IMG/VR virus record: IMGVR_UViG_3300020048_000048
Span: 32,001 to 96,000 of that record
DNA: 64,000 bases
Reading direction: 5' to 3' (one strand)
Source: a virus
The notes under the pieces are model-generated. The model searched no databases. It was not told where the DNA came from and worked only from the letters and a program-made list of their open reading frames with translations. This document shows positions 36,406-45,724 of this stretch, piece after piece. Both the position numbers and the translations under genes were made by a program. Position 1 is the first letter of the stretch. Each line of letters opens with the position of its first letter.

Positions 36406-39198
36406 ATGAAAACAAATGAATGGTTTAATGAGTATTTGTCACAAAGTGACTGGAGAGTTAAGGAAAACAGTAATAAACCCTTTTCATTAGGTGGTTTGAA
36501 TAGTTATGTGGTTGGAAAAGCCTCTGCCCTAAAGTGGGCAGAAATTTACAATAAAGAAAACCCAGAAATTATTGAAGGTCATAATCGTGGCGACTACCAC
36601 ATTCATGATTTAGGAAGTTACAGTAGCTATTGCTTCGGAGCTTCTTTAAATGACCTTTTGTTAGAGGGAATCCATGGGATAAAGAACATCTCAGTATCAA
36701 AACCTGCAAAAAGGTTAAGAAGTATTTGCTCACAGATTGCGAATATTGCAACGATTTTTCAAAACGACAATGCTGGAGCTATTGCGTTTTCAAGTTGGAA
36801 TGTTTATTTAGCTCCTTTTGTATACTTTGATACATTAAATAGAAGAAAGTTAAGCTCCGACAAGTATGAAGAAATTGAATATGATGAGAATGATATTGAA
36901 GACATAACACAAAGTATACAAAACCTTATTTTTGCACTCAATTCTAATTCTCGTCAAGGCTCTGAACCAGTATTTTCCAACTTTACGTTAGATTTCCATG
37001 TGTTAAAGCCAATGCAAGATCGAAATGTAATCATTGGTGGGAAAGAAATTGAAGGATTTACTTATAAAGATTTTCAAAAAGAATCAGAACTTTTAATAAA
37101 AATATTTAGCGAAATTATGTTTGAGGGTGATGGTGTTGGAAAACCTTTTGCATATCCTATTCCTACTTTTAACATTGGTAAAAACATGGATTGGGATAAT
37201 CCTAATTTTCAGATAGTGTTTAAGTTGGCATCAAAAACTGGAGCACCTTACTTTGGAAACTTCGTTCAAGGGGTTTTAAATGAAGAGGATGTTTTTTCAA
37301 TGTGTCCTTTAACAGGAGATACTGAAGTCTATACAAGGAGTTGTAAGGGGGTTACAATTCAAAAAATTAATATTGTTGTATCTAACCTTAAGAAAGGTAA
37401 GGATATAGAGGTTTTAACTCCTAATGGATGGTCAAAGGCTATCCCAAGAAAAATGTGTATGACTAAAGTATTCAGAATACACCTATCTAACGGATGCTTT
37501 GTTGACATGGGTGAGAACCATTTACAACCTGTTAAAGACTTGGGAACATTGTCCGCTAAAGATTTGCAAGTCGGCATGTGGCTACCAGCTAAAAAAGATG
37601 TAAATCATATTAGTAGTATCCTAGGAAGTAAAGAACTAGGTTTTGTTGTAGGGGCTTATATTGGCGATGGGTCTCATGACGAAGGTGCTTTAGTGTTTTC
37701 TTTAGATGCTAGAGAGAAGGATAATGAAACAGAGTCACGCATTGTTAAATTCTTTAATTCTGTCGGATTTGGAACCAGTGTAACTATAGAAAGTGATAAA
37801 AGCTTAAGAACAGTAAGAGTTAACGGTAACGCTTATGCTTTAATAAGCCTTTTTGTTTCTGGTGATAATGTGTTTACTAAGAGTATAAGTAAAAAGGTGT
37901 ATGCAATGTCTTTAAAGTTTATAGAGGGATTATTTGAGGGATTTGAAGCGACCGACGGTTCACGAAGTAAAAAAAGGTTTTACACATCTTCCTTAACTTT
38001 AAAAAGACAAATACAACAGATTTGTAACTACTTTGGAATAAAATCTTTATCAACCTATAAGGATTCTCGTGATAATAGGTATAGTAATAGACCAAACTAT
38101 CGAATCGATTTACCTGAAAGGGGGAATTATGGCGACTTTTTCAAGTCTGACGATAGTTTTAATTATTATAGCATCACGAATATTGAAGAGATTGAAACAG
38201 AAGATCGTTTCTTATATTGTTTTGAGGTTGAAGATGACAGCCACTTATTTCTACTTGGTTCTGGAATTTATACTCACAACTGTCGCCTCCGTTTAGATAA
38301 AAGAGAACTTCAAAAGAGAGGTGGTGGGTTATTTGGAGCTTCAGAAAAAACTGGCTCGGTTGCAGTATTTACTGTAAATCTTCCTGCTATTGCTTATCGA
38401 AACAAGGGCGATAAAGAAAGTTTTGAAAGAGAGCTTGAACACCTTATTCAAATTGGTGGTCAGCAAATGGAAATAAAAAGAAGAGTTCTTGAACAAGAGT
38501 TAAAAAATGGACTTTTTCCTTCACTTTCTGTTTACTTGAAAAGTTTTAAAACTTTATTTTCAACTATAGGTCTTGTTGGTGGTCATGAAATGTGTTTAAA
38601 TTTTTTAGGCAAGGGGATTGAAACAAAAGAAGGAAGAGATTTTACTTTAGAAGTTCTTCACTTTATGAGAGAAAAAATTCAAGACCTACAAGTAAAATAT
38701 CCAAACACGATGTTCAATTTAGAGTACACTCCAGCAGAAAGCACCTCTTATAGATTGGCTCTTAAAGATAAAAAACGTTATCCAGATATTATCACAGCAG
38801 GGAAAAACGAACCTTATTATACAAATTCAGTTCATTTACCAGTTGGCATTAAATGGTCTTTTAAAAAGATCTATGAGCATCAAAACGGGCTTCTGTCGCT
38901 TGCAACTGGTGGGAGTGTGTATCACAATTACATAAATGGATCAACCACTACAGCGAGCGTTAAACACTTTCTGAAGCAAGCTTTTAGTAATTATGACCTC
39001 CCTTATATTTCATTTTCACCCGTTTATTCTGTGTGCCCAGAACATGGGTTTATATCAGGTAAACACAAAAAATGTCCACAGTGCGATAAAGAAACCGAGA
39101 TTTATCAACGAGTGACTGGTTATATCAGACCAATCTCAAGCTTTAACAACGGCAAGTTGGAGGAGTTTGAAGAACGTTATCAAAATAGCATAGATTAA
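36406..39198 (+). CDS. nrdD: Anaerobic ribonucleotide reductase (class III), intein-containing
   Basis: DWRVKENSN, HIHDL, TPAESTSYRLA, CPEH..CPQC, RVTGYIRP glycyl-radical motif; AAGGAG SD at 36406. Confidence 0.92.
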   Translation: MKTNEWFNEYLSQSDWRVKENSNKPFSLGGLNSYVVGKASALKWAEIYNKENPEIIEGHNRGDYHIHDLGSYSSYCFGASLNDLLLEGIHGIKNISVSKPAKRLRSICSQIANIATIFQNDNAGAIAFSSWNVYLAPFVYFDTLNRRKLSSDKYEEIEYDENDIEDITQSIQNLIFALNSNSRQGSEPVFSNFTLDFHVLKPMQDRNVIIGGKEIEGFTYKDFQKESELLIKIFSEIMFEGDGVGKPFAYPIPTFNIGKNMDWDNPNFQIVFKLASKTGAPYFGNFVQGVLNEEDVFSMCPLTGDTEVYTRSCKGVTIQKINIVVSNLKKGKDIEVLTPNGWSKAIPRKMCMTKVFRIHLSNGCFVDMGENHLQPVKDLGTLSAKDLQVGMWLPAKKDVNHISSILGSKELGFVVGAYIGDGSHDEGALVFSLDAREKDNETESRIVKFFNSVGFGTSVTIESDKSLRTVRVNGNAYALISLFVSGDNVFTKSISKKVYAMSLKFIEGLFEGFEATDGSRSKKRFYTSSLTLKRQIQQICNYFGIKSLSTYKDSRDNRYSNRPNYRIDLPERGNYGDFFKSDDSFNYYSITNIEEIETEDRFLYCFEVEDDSHLFLLGSGIYTHNCRLRLDKRELQKRGGGLFGASEKTGSVAVFTVNLPAIAYRNKGDKESFERELEHLIQIGGQQMEIKRRVLEQELKNGLFPSLSVYLKSFKTLFSTIGLVGGHEMCLNFLGKGIETKEGRDFTLEVLHFMREKIQDLQVKYPNTMFNLEYTPAESTSYRLALKDKKRYPDIITAGKNEPYYTNSVHLPVGIKWSFKKIYEHQNGLLSLATGGSVYHNYINGSTTTASVKHFLKQAFSNYDLPYISFSPVYSVCPEHGFISGKHKKCPQCDKETEIYQRVTGYIRPISSFNNGKLEEFEERYQNSID
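37306..38280 (+). mobile_element. Intein with LAGLIDADG endonuclease in nrdD
   Basis: SMC/PLTGDTEV...GAYIGDG...EGFEATDG...LYCFEV..HLFLL..THN/CRL; start is 37303 if Cys is residue 1. Confidence 0.88.
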
Positions 39199-39217
39199 TA
39201 ATTTTCAGGAGAAATTT

Positions 39218-39691
39218 ATGATATTACGAGGACCATTTTTTCAAAGAAATAACAACGAAGATCAGCCTTACTATTCTTTGCTTTTTATTGCACCTTCATG
39301 TGATTTGAAGTGTGGGTCTTGTTGTCACAATTCTCAGCTTATGAAGAAAAATAAGATTAAGAATTGGACAAAGAAAGAAATAAAACAAAGGTATGAGGTG
39401 GATTTTTTTGAAGGGATTACTATTGGGGGATTAGAGATAACTTGCAGTAATTATATTTGGCTTAAAGAGTTATGTCAAATTATTGAAGTTATCCAAATTC
39501 CTAATGTGACCATTTACACAAGGGAAGAGTTAACACATCCTAAGATAAAATATCTTATTGACAATATAAATACGAATCTTTACATAAAAACAGGAATGTA
39601 TATTCCAAATATGCAGAAAAAAACAGTAACAATTGGAGATTGGGAGATTGAACTTGCATCTGATAATCAAAATTTTCAAAAGGTGAAATGA
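39218..39691 (+). CDS. nrdG: NrdG radical-SAM activase
   Basis: CDLKCGSC, GITIGGLE, IKTG.Y, LASDNQ; follows nrdD. Confidence 0.85.
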   Translation: MILRGPFFQRNNNEDQPYYSLLFIAPSCDLKCGSCCHNSQLMKKNKIKNWTKKEIKQRYEVDFFEGITIGGLEITCSNYIWLKELCQIIEVIQIPNVTIYTREELTHPKIKYLIDNINTNLYIKTGMYIPNMQKKTVTIGDWEIELASDNQNFQKVK

Positions 39692-40281
39692 TGAAGGAAA
39701 TGTTAGATTTTGTCGATTCAAAAAAAAGTAGTTTAGGACCCTATTATCAACACCTTGTCAAGAAGATTGAAGAAGGTGCGGACTTGTATTTTTTGGGAGA
39801 AGAATACCAAAGAACAGCTAAAGAATTGTTAGATTCTGGTCATACTTTGGAAAAAATCGCTGAAATACTTAGTTGTCCAATCGAAGTAATTATTTTAACT
39901 GGTCAGAAGTATGAATGGGTTGTGTCACCAAAAGATTTTACAGAAGAAATTAAGAAAGTTTCTTGTAATTTATTAACAATATACCAAATGGCGGTTCAAA
40001 AGGAACTTACTGAAATAATGGCTGGGAAGAAAGATCCTCGTGAAAGTAAGTTTGTTCCAAAAAACCCTCAGGACTTGAACATTTTTATAAAGACGTTGTT
40101 TCAAGCACAAAATGTTACAAATCTGTTTACGATATCTCAGCCTAAAGTTGCTGTTCAGACAAATGTTGTGACAGGTCAAAATGTTCAAGAAAAAATAGAA
40201 CACAAAGATGAAAAATATTTAGACTTGCCAGAAGATAAAATAGAAGCATTGAAACAATTGGAAAGTTTAGATTTTAAATAA
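39688..40281 (+). CDS. Hypothetical HTH protein (possible terminase small subunit)
   Basis: SGHTLEKIAEILSCP..KYEW HTH-like. Confidence 0.45.
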   Translation: MMKEMLDFVDSKKSSLGPYYQHLVKKIEEGADLYFLGEEYQRTAKELLDSGHTLEKIAEILSCPIEVIILTGQKYEWVVSPKDFTEEIKKVSCNLLTIYQMAVQKELTEIMAGKKDPRESKFVPKNPQDLNIFIKTLFQAQNVTNLFTISQPKVAVQTNVVTGQNVQEKIEHKDEKYLDLPEDKIEALKQLESLDFK

Positions 40282-40283
40282 AT

Positions 40284-40311
40284 TAAAGTTTTTCTTAAAA
40301 CCTCCGTTAAG
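40284..40311 (+). promoter_or_regulatory. Sigma-28-like promoter
   Basis: TAAAG-N15-CCGTTAAG. Confidence 0.8.
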
Positions 40312-40335
40312 TATTAAACAAAGGGGTTTTTTTTT

Positions 40336-41304
40336 ATGGATAATTTCGAGTTTAAAATGAAAAAATCTGGTAGAGTAACTTATGGGATTCCTTATAAAGG
40401 AAGTAAACAAGGTATTATTAAAGCACTTGCTGAGCAATTTCCTAATGCTGAGAACTTTTATGATCTATTTGGAGGCGGTTTTTCCGTAACCCATTTTATG
40501 TTAGAAAATAAGCGGGATAATTTTAAACATTTTTATTATAATGAAATTGATAGCGGATTAGTTGAGCTTGTAAAAGAAGCAATTGATGGAAAGTTTAGCT
40601 ATGACAGATTCATACCAGACTGGGTTTCAAGAGAAACTTTTTTTAAAGAGAGAGAAAGGAATGCTTATATAAGATTTTGCTGGAGCTTTGGTAATAATGG
40701 AAGGGATTACTTATTTGGAAAAAATATAGAAGGATATAAAAGAAGCATTCATATGGCTGTAGTTTTTAATGAATTTGACGATTTCGCTTTCGGTATATTT
40801 GGGTTTAGGAAATTTCCTGAAGAAGTTGATAGTATTACAAAAAGGAGACTTTATTTTAGACAAAGAGTGTCTTACTTAAATAAACAACAGGAAACTCCCC
40901 TAAAAAGGGAAGACCATGAACGACTTAAACGACTTCAACAACTTCAACAACTTGAACAACTTCAACAACTTGAACGACTTCAACAACTTGATACAAAAAT
41001 TTTATCAATTACTTCAAAAGATTACAGAGACATTGAAATTTTACCAAACAGTGTTGTTTATTGTGATATTCCATATAAAGACACTAACAAGTATAATATG
41101 GAATTTAATCATGATGAATTTTTTAATTGGGCTTCATCGGTAGATTTTCCTGTTTTTATCTCAGAGTACGAGATACAAGACAATAGGTTTGAGTTGGTTT
41201 TTGAGATTGACAAGAGAAGTCTTATTCAGTCTAATGGTGATAATAACATTAAGAAAGAGCGTCTGTATTGGAATAAGAAAGGGAGGTTTTTATGCGGTAT
41301 TTAA
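40336..41304 (+). CDS. DNA adenine methyltransferase (D12/Dam-like)
   Basis: PYKGSK, DLFGGG, YCDIPY, FISEY. Confidence 0.85.
   Translation: MDNFEFKMKKSGRVTYGIPYKGSKQGIIKALAEQFPNAENFYDLFGGGFSVTHFMLENKRDNFKHFYYNEIDSGLVELVKEAIDGKFSYDRFIPDWVSRETFFKERERNAYIRFCWSFGNNGRDYLFGKNIEGYKRSIHMAVVFNEFDDFAFGIFGFRKFPEEVDSITKRRLYFRQRVSYLNKQQETPLKREDHERLKRLQQLQQLEQLQQLERLQQLDTKILSITSKDYRDIEILPNSVVYCDIPYKDTNKYNMEFNHDEFFNWASSVDFPVFISEYEIQDNRFELVFEIDKRSLIQSNGDNNIKKERLYWNKKGRFLCGI
40918..40989 (+). repeat. 9-bp tandem repeat, 8 units, in MTase
   Basis: (V)AAC(A/G)ACTT encoding ERL/KRL/QQL/EQL. Confidence 0.9.
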
Positions 41305-42218
41305 TAATCGGAGATACACATATAAAAAATATCAATCAAAAGAAATTGATTGACGAATTAATAAGAGTTGCACAAGAAGAACATCCAGATAGAATTGTTT
41401 TACTGGGTGATGATTTAAATGATCATGAAAAGGTAAAGCTAAACTCTTTGCAATTAGTTGCTTATATGATAAAGTCTTTAGCAAAAGTTGCACCTGTTAT
41501 TAAGCTTATAGGGAATCATGAAAGGAGTAATAATAAAGATTTTTGTTCAGGAATACATCCGTTTCAATTCCCAATCAACAATACAACCATTGTTGAGTGT
41601 CCTATGGTTATTGAGAATATTGCATATATTCCCTATGTTGAAAACAATAGGTTTCAGGAGGCAATGTCTCAGATTGAATTAAACAATTTTGAAAGAATTT
41701 TTTGTCATCAAGAATTTGCAGGTGTGCAAATGGGTCATGTAATATCAAAATCAGAAGATAGCCCTAATTTAAAAGTTCCTGTCATTTCAGGGCATATTCA
41801 TACACGATGTTCTGTTGGGAATGTTTTTTACTTAGGCTCGCCATCACAACATAATTTTGCTGATGATGAAAATAAAGCTGTTTTGATTACAGATTTTAAA
41901 GGAAATGAAAAATATATTAAATTAAATGTTCCAAGATTTATAACATACCATTATGAAACTTCTTCAAAAAAGATTCCTGAAATTCCTGTGGATGAAAATT
42001 TTCATCGATTGGTTATTTCAGGAACGTCAGAAGAGATTTTTACGTTAAAGAAAAACGGAAAGCTGGACACTTTAATGGAAAATGGTGTAAAGATAGTTTA
42101 CAGGATTAAAAGGGGTGAGATGGAAATTAAAAAGAATGTAAAATTTCTTTCTATGAGAGAAGTTTTGTTAGGAAGTGTCACTGATGATGAAAAAACTCTT
42201 TTTCAGGAGATTGTATGA
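41292..42218 (+). CDS. Mre11/SbcD-like nuclease
   Basis: GDTH, LGD, GNHE, SGHIH, YLGSP. Confidence 0.88.
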   Translation: MRYLIIGDTHIKNINQKKLIDELIRVAQEEHPDRIVLLGDDLNDHEKVKLNSLQLVAYMIKSLAKVAPVIKLIGNHERSNNKDFCSGIHPFQFPINNTTIVECPMVIENIAYIPYVENNRFQEAMSQIELNNFERIFCHQEFAGVQMGHVISKSEDSPNLKVPVISGHIHTRCSVGNVFYLGSPSQHNFADDENKAVLITDFKGNEKYIKLNVPRFITYHYETSSKKIPEIPVDENFHRLVISGTSEEIFTLKKNGKLDTLMENGVKIVYRIKRGEMEIKKNVKFLSMREVLLGSVTDDEKTLFQEIV

Positions 42219-44257
42219 GAATTAAAATAGAAAATTTCAGAGGTATTAAGTCTTCTGTTGTTGATTTTCCAGAAACTGGACTTTGCCGTCTTTATGGGGA
42301 TTCAGAATCAGGAAAGTCAACCACATTCAAAGCGATTGAATGGGTTTTGTTTGGCGATATGAAGAATTTGTCACCAATTGGAACTAAAAAAACTCCTGTT
42401 GTTGATTTGGATTATTGTGGATTAAACATTCATCGTGAAAAGGGTATTTTGAAAGTTAATGGAGCTGAATTAGAAAACGCTCAATCAATTATAAACAGTA
42501 AGTTTTTAAATGCAAATGTTTTTAACATTGCTGGCGTTGTGAAGCAAGAGATGAAGTCTTGTTTTTTAACATTGTCACCACAAGAGAAGCATGATCTTGT
42601 GGTTGATTTGGCATTAAGTCAAGATGATATTCCAGTTTTAAAGGAAAAATTAAACCAAAAAATAAAAAAGATTACTGAATCGTATGATAGTTATAATATG
42701 GCTATTGGATTGAAACAAAGAGATATTGAAAGTTTAATTACAAAAGTCAATACATTTTGCGAAACTCAAGAGGAGTTTGAAACTCCAAATAGCCAAGATG
42801 GTGTTGATATTGACAATGCAATTGAAAGTTTTAATAAGTCGATGAGCAAATATTATTCTGAAATTGGAGAACTAAATAAAGATATAAGCAACCCATTAAG
42901 AAAATTTAATGCAGAAGTTTACTTTGATCAGATCAAGGAACTTGAAAAAGAATTATCAACATTATCCTGCAAGGAAGTTAATGTTAACGACATTGTAAAT
43001 AAAATAAAAAAAATAGAAAATCAGTTTGAAATTTTCAAGAAAAATAAAGAGATAAATGAAAAACTTCTTACAATTGTTGAAGATAATAGTGATTATGATT
43101 CTAAATTGGAAAAGCTAAGAGAGTTTTACCAGCACACAAACAATTTGTTGCAGGAAGAGTTACTGGGGAAAGAAGTAAAACTTTGTCCTCATTGTAATGG
43201 TAAAGTTATAATTAAGGGTGGGAATATTGTAAAATCTGAAGTAAAGCCTTCAGATGATAGTGTTATTACAAAAATAAAAGAAGATTTGAAAAAGTTAGAA
43301 CAAAAAGGAAATGAGATAAAGCTTTTAGTTAACAAACAAAAGCAAGATATAGAGATAAAAAATAAGCTTCTTGGATCAATTCAAGAGTGTAAATTAACGA
43401 TTGAAAATTTTGCACAAATCGAAGAAATGTTAAAGGATTTAAATGAACAATTAATACAAGCAAAGAATCAAGAAAAAATTAACGAAAAAATTAAGATACT
43501 AATGGATAAAAAAGATAATTTAGTGAATAAGTTAAAAGTATCTCAAGAAGAAGTTGATAAACAAAATTTTAAACCAGTTGAAGAGTTAAGAGATGGGGTA
43601 TTAATATTAGAAAATCGCATTCAACAGTGTGAGGATGAAATACAGAAATTAAAAATTAAAAAACAAGAGTTTAATAATAAAGTAAACATTTACAACGAGT
43701 CTGTTAAAAAACAAGAGCAGATAAAGAGTTATAAAAATCTTGTAGAAAAAATTGAAGGTGAAATTGTTGATTTAAAAGTTAAGATTGATGTGATTTCAAA
43801 ACAACTTGAAGTTGCAAAGTCACTTGACGAGAAGATTCAAATCGCTACCATGACAGCTATTATGAGTTGGCTTGAGAATCTTGATGAACATGCTAAGTTT
43901 TATTTAAGTCAGTTTTTGGAAGAAAATTCTATTATAAAATTAACAAATGAGAAGATTTTAAAAAATGGCAATGTTCAGCCAAAAATTTCATTAGACATTA
44001 CACATAGGGGACTTCCTATGGGAATTGACAATTTTTCTGGGGGTGCTTACAATAGGGTTGTCCTTGCGTATCAGTTGGGCATTAGTGATGTTTACAACCT
44101 CCCATTACTGCTTCTTGATGAACCTTTAAATGGTGTTCATCAGTCTTTAAAAAGAGAATGCTACGAACTATTAAGAGAAGCTTCTTCTAAAAAGTTAATT
44201 ATTGTCATTGATCATGAAGTTGATAATGATATTTTTGATGAGGTTGTAAAAATTTAA
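42215..44257 (+). CDS. Rad50/SbcC-like SMC ATPase
   Basis: NFRG, GDSESGKST, CPHC hook, FSGG, LLDEP, IDH. Confidence 0.9.
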   Translation: MRIKIENFRGIKSSVVDFPETGLCRLYGDSESGKSTTFKAIEWVLFGDMKNLSPIGTKKTPVVDLDYCGLNIHREKGILKVNGAELENAQSIINSKFLNANVFNIAGVVKQEMKSCFLTLSPQEKHDLVVDLALSQDDIPVLKEKLNQKIKKITESYDSYNMAIGLKQRDIESLITKVNTFCETQEEFETPNSQDGVDIDNAIESFNKSMSKYYSEIGELNKDISNPLRKFNAEVYFDQIKELEKELSTLSCKEVNVNDIVNKIKKIENQFEIFKKNKEINEKLLTIVEDNSDYDSKLEKLREFYQHTNNLLQEELLGKEVKLCPHCNGKVIIKGGNIVKSEVKPSDDSVITKIKEDLKKLEQKGNEIKLLVNKQKQDIEIKNKLLGSIQECKLTIENFAQIEEMLKDLNEQLIQAKNQEKINEKIKILMDKKDNLVNKLKVSQEEVDKQNFKPVEELRDGVLILENRIQQCEDEIQKLKIKKQEFNNKVNIYNESVKKQEQIKSYKNLVEKIEGEIVDLKVKIDVISKQLEVAKSLDEKIQIATMTAIMSWLENLDEHAKFYLSQFLEENSIIKLTNEKILKNGNVQPKISLDITHRGLPMGIDNFSGGAYNRVVLAYQLGISDVYNLPLLLLDEPLNGVHQSLKRECYELLREASSKKLIIVIDHEVDNDIFDEVVKI

Positions 44258-44259
44258 TT

Positions 44260-44287
44260 TAAAGTTTTTTTAAAATCTTCCGTTAAC
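44260..44287 (+). promoter_or_regulatory. Sigma-28-like promoter
   Basis: TAAAG-N15-CCGTTAAC. Confidence 0.75.
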
Positions 44288-44305
44288 AAGTCAACGGAGG
44301 TGTGG

Positions 44306-45724
44306 ATGAAAAAAATACATGAGTTTTTACCAAAATTTCTTGAAGCAGAAATTATTGACAACAAAATCATTAAGACAAAAAATGAAAAAGGCATAAAAGA
44401 GTATCTTACATATAAAGATTCGTCGATACAATATAGGATGAATCAGTTAATTCAACTTATAAACAAATATGGGCATAAAGAATGTTGGGAAGAGGAACTT
44501 TCTGAGTTAAAGGAAAAAGAATATAAATATTATTGGTATGAGGATGGAGATTTTATTTATACTCCAATTGGAACTTGGTGGCTGTTTTATAACATTAAGA
44601 ACAGTCTTCATGAAAATAAGATTTTAAAATATTCAGACTATTTTGAGCCAGATCGTCCAAGATATTACCAAATTGAGGCAGTTCAGGAATTACTTAAATA
44701 TAATAGGGCAATTGCAGTTCTTGCAACTGGTCTTGGGAAGACTATTATTACAGCACATCTCGTTAAGATTGGGTTAGAGGCTAATCTTAGAGTTTTAGTT
44801 ATTGTCCCAACAATTGAACTTGTAAAACAAACTTTGGGTTTAATTAAGAATTACTATCCAGATGCTTCTGGAATTGGTGGAACTTACAAATATAAACTTG
44901 GATGTAATATTGCAGTAGGAACTATTCACTCATCAAGACACTTTGTTGATAGGTTTGATATGGTCATTATTGATGAAACTCATCATTCCGCTTCAAGTAT
45001 GTATGAAGAAGCATTAACTCCATGTCATAATCAAATTGTTTATGGGTTGACAGCAACTCCATGTCGAAACGATGGTCTTATTATGGGAGTTCATGCATAT
45101 TGCGGTCCTGTTGTTTATGAAAGAAATTCAAAATTTGGAGTTGAGAATGGGTTTTTATGTCCAGTAGAGTGTTGGATGGTAAGAGTTGTTACAGGTCTTT
45201 TTCTAAAAGCAGAACTCAACCACAATATCGCCTACAAAGCATTATGTAAATCATTTATCTTTATTGAATTTTTAGAAAAAACTTTAAAAAAATTACAAGG
45301 GAAAAAGATTTTAATTTTGTTTAAAAATAACAAACCAGCACAAGCAGTGGTTGAGTTTTTAAATGAAAAAGGGTTTAGTTTAGAAGTTGCACATGCTGAA
45401 TATAGAAACCCATTAGTGAAGTTTCGGAGTGGTGAATCTGACGTTCTTATTGCAAATTCACCTTTATGTGGAGAAGGCGTTGACTTGCCAAATATTGAAG
45501 TTTTAATAACTGTGACACAAACGTCTTCTGAGTCAAAAATTAGACAAGAACTTGGGCGTGGATTAAGAAATGCTCCAAATAAAACAAAGCTTCAACTTAT
45601 TGATATTTCTTTGTGCGGGTATGAAGACCCGTCTGGTTGTGACAAGTATGTAAAAAAGTCAGATCAACGGCTGAAGATTTATGAAGAAATAACTTCTAAC
45701 ATTAAGTTTGTAAATTACAGTTAA
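44306..45724 (+). CDS. UvsW-like SF2 helicase
   Basis: RYYQ, LATGLGKT, DETH, TATP, EGVDLP, QELGRGLR; GGAGG SD before 44306. Confidence 0.88.
   Translation: MKKIHEFLPKFLEAEIIDNKIIKTKNEKGIKEYLTYKDSSIQYRMNQLIQLINKYGHKECWEEELSELKEKEYKYYWYEDGDFIYTPIGTWWLFYNIKNSLHENKILKYSDYFEPDRPRYYQIEAVQELLKYNRAIAVLATGLGKTIITAHLVKIGLEANLRVLVIVPTIELVKQTLGLIKNYYPDASGIGGTYKYKLGCNIAVGTIHSSRHFVDRFDMVIIDETHHSASSMYEEALTPCHNQIVYGLTATPCRNDGLIMGVHAYCGPVVYERNSKFGVENGFLCPVECWMVRVVTGLFLKAELNHNIAYKALCKSFIFIEFLEKTLKKLQGKKILILFKNNKPAQAVVEFLNEKGFSLEVAHAEYRNPLVKFRSGESDVLIANSPLCGEGVDLPNIEVLITVTQTSSESKIRQELGRGLRNAPNKTKLQLIDISLCGYEDPSGCDKYVKKSDQRLKIYEEITSNIKFVNYS

Noticed and set aside
40916-41143. Asn-rich alternative ORF (NDFNNFNNLNN) as the DGR template repeat
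   Set aside because: It is a shifted frame of the 9-bp MTase repeat and lacks the TGGTCGTCTACAGAG core of the VR
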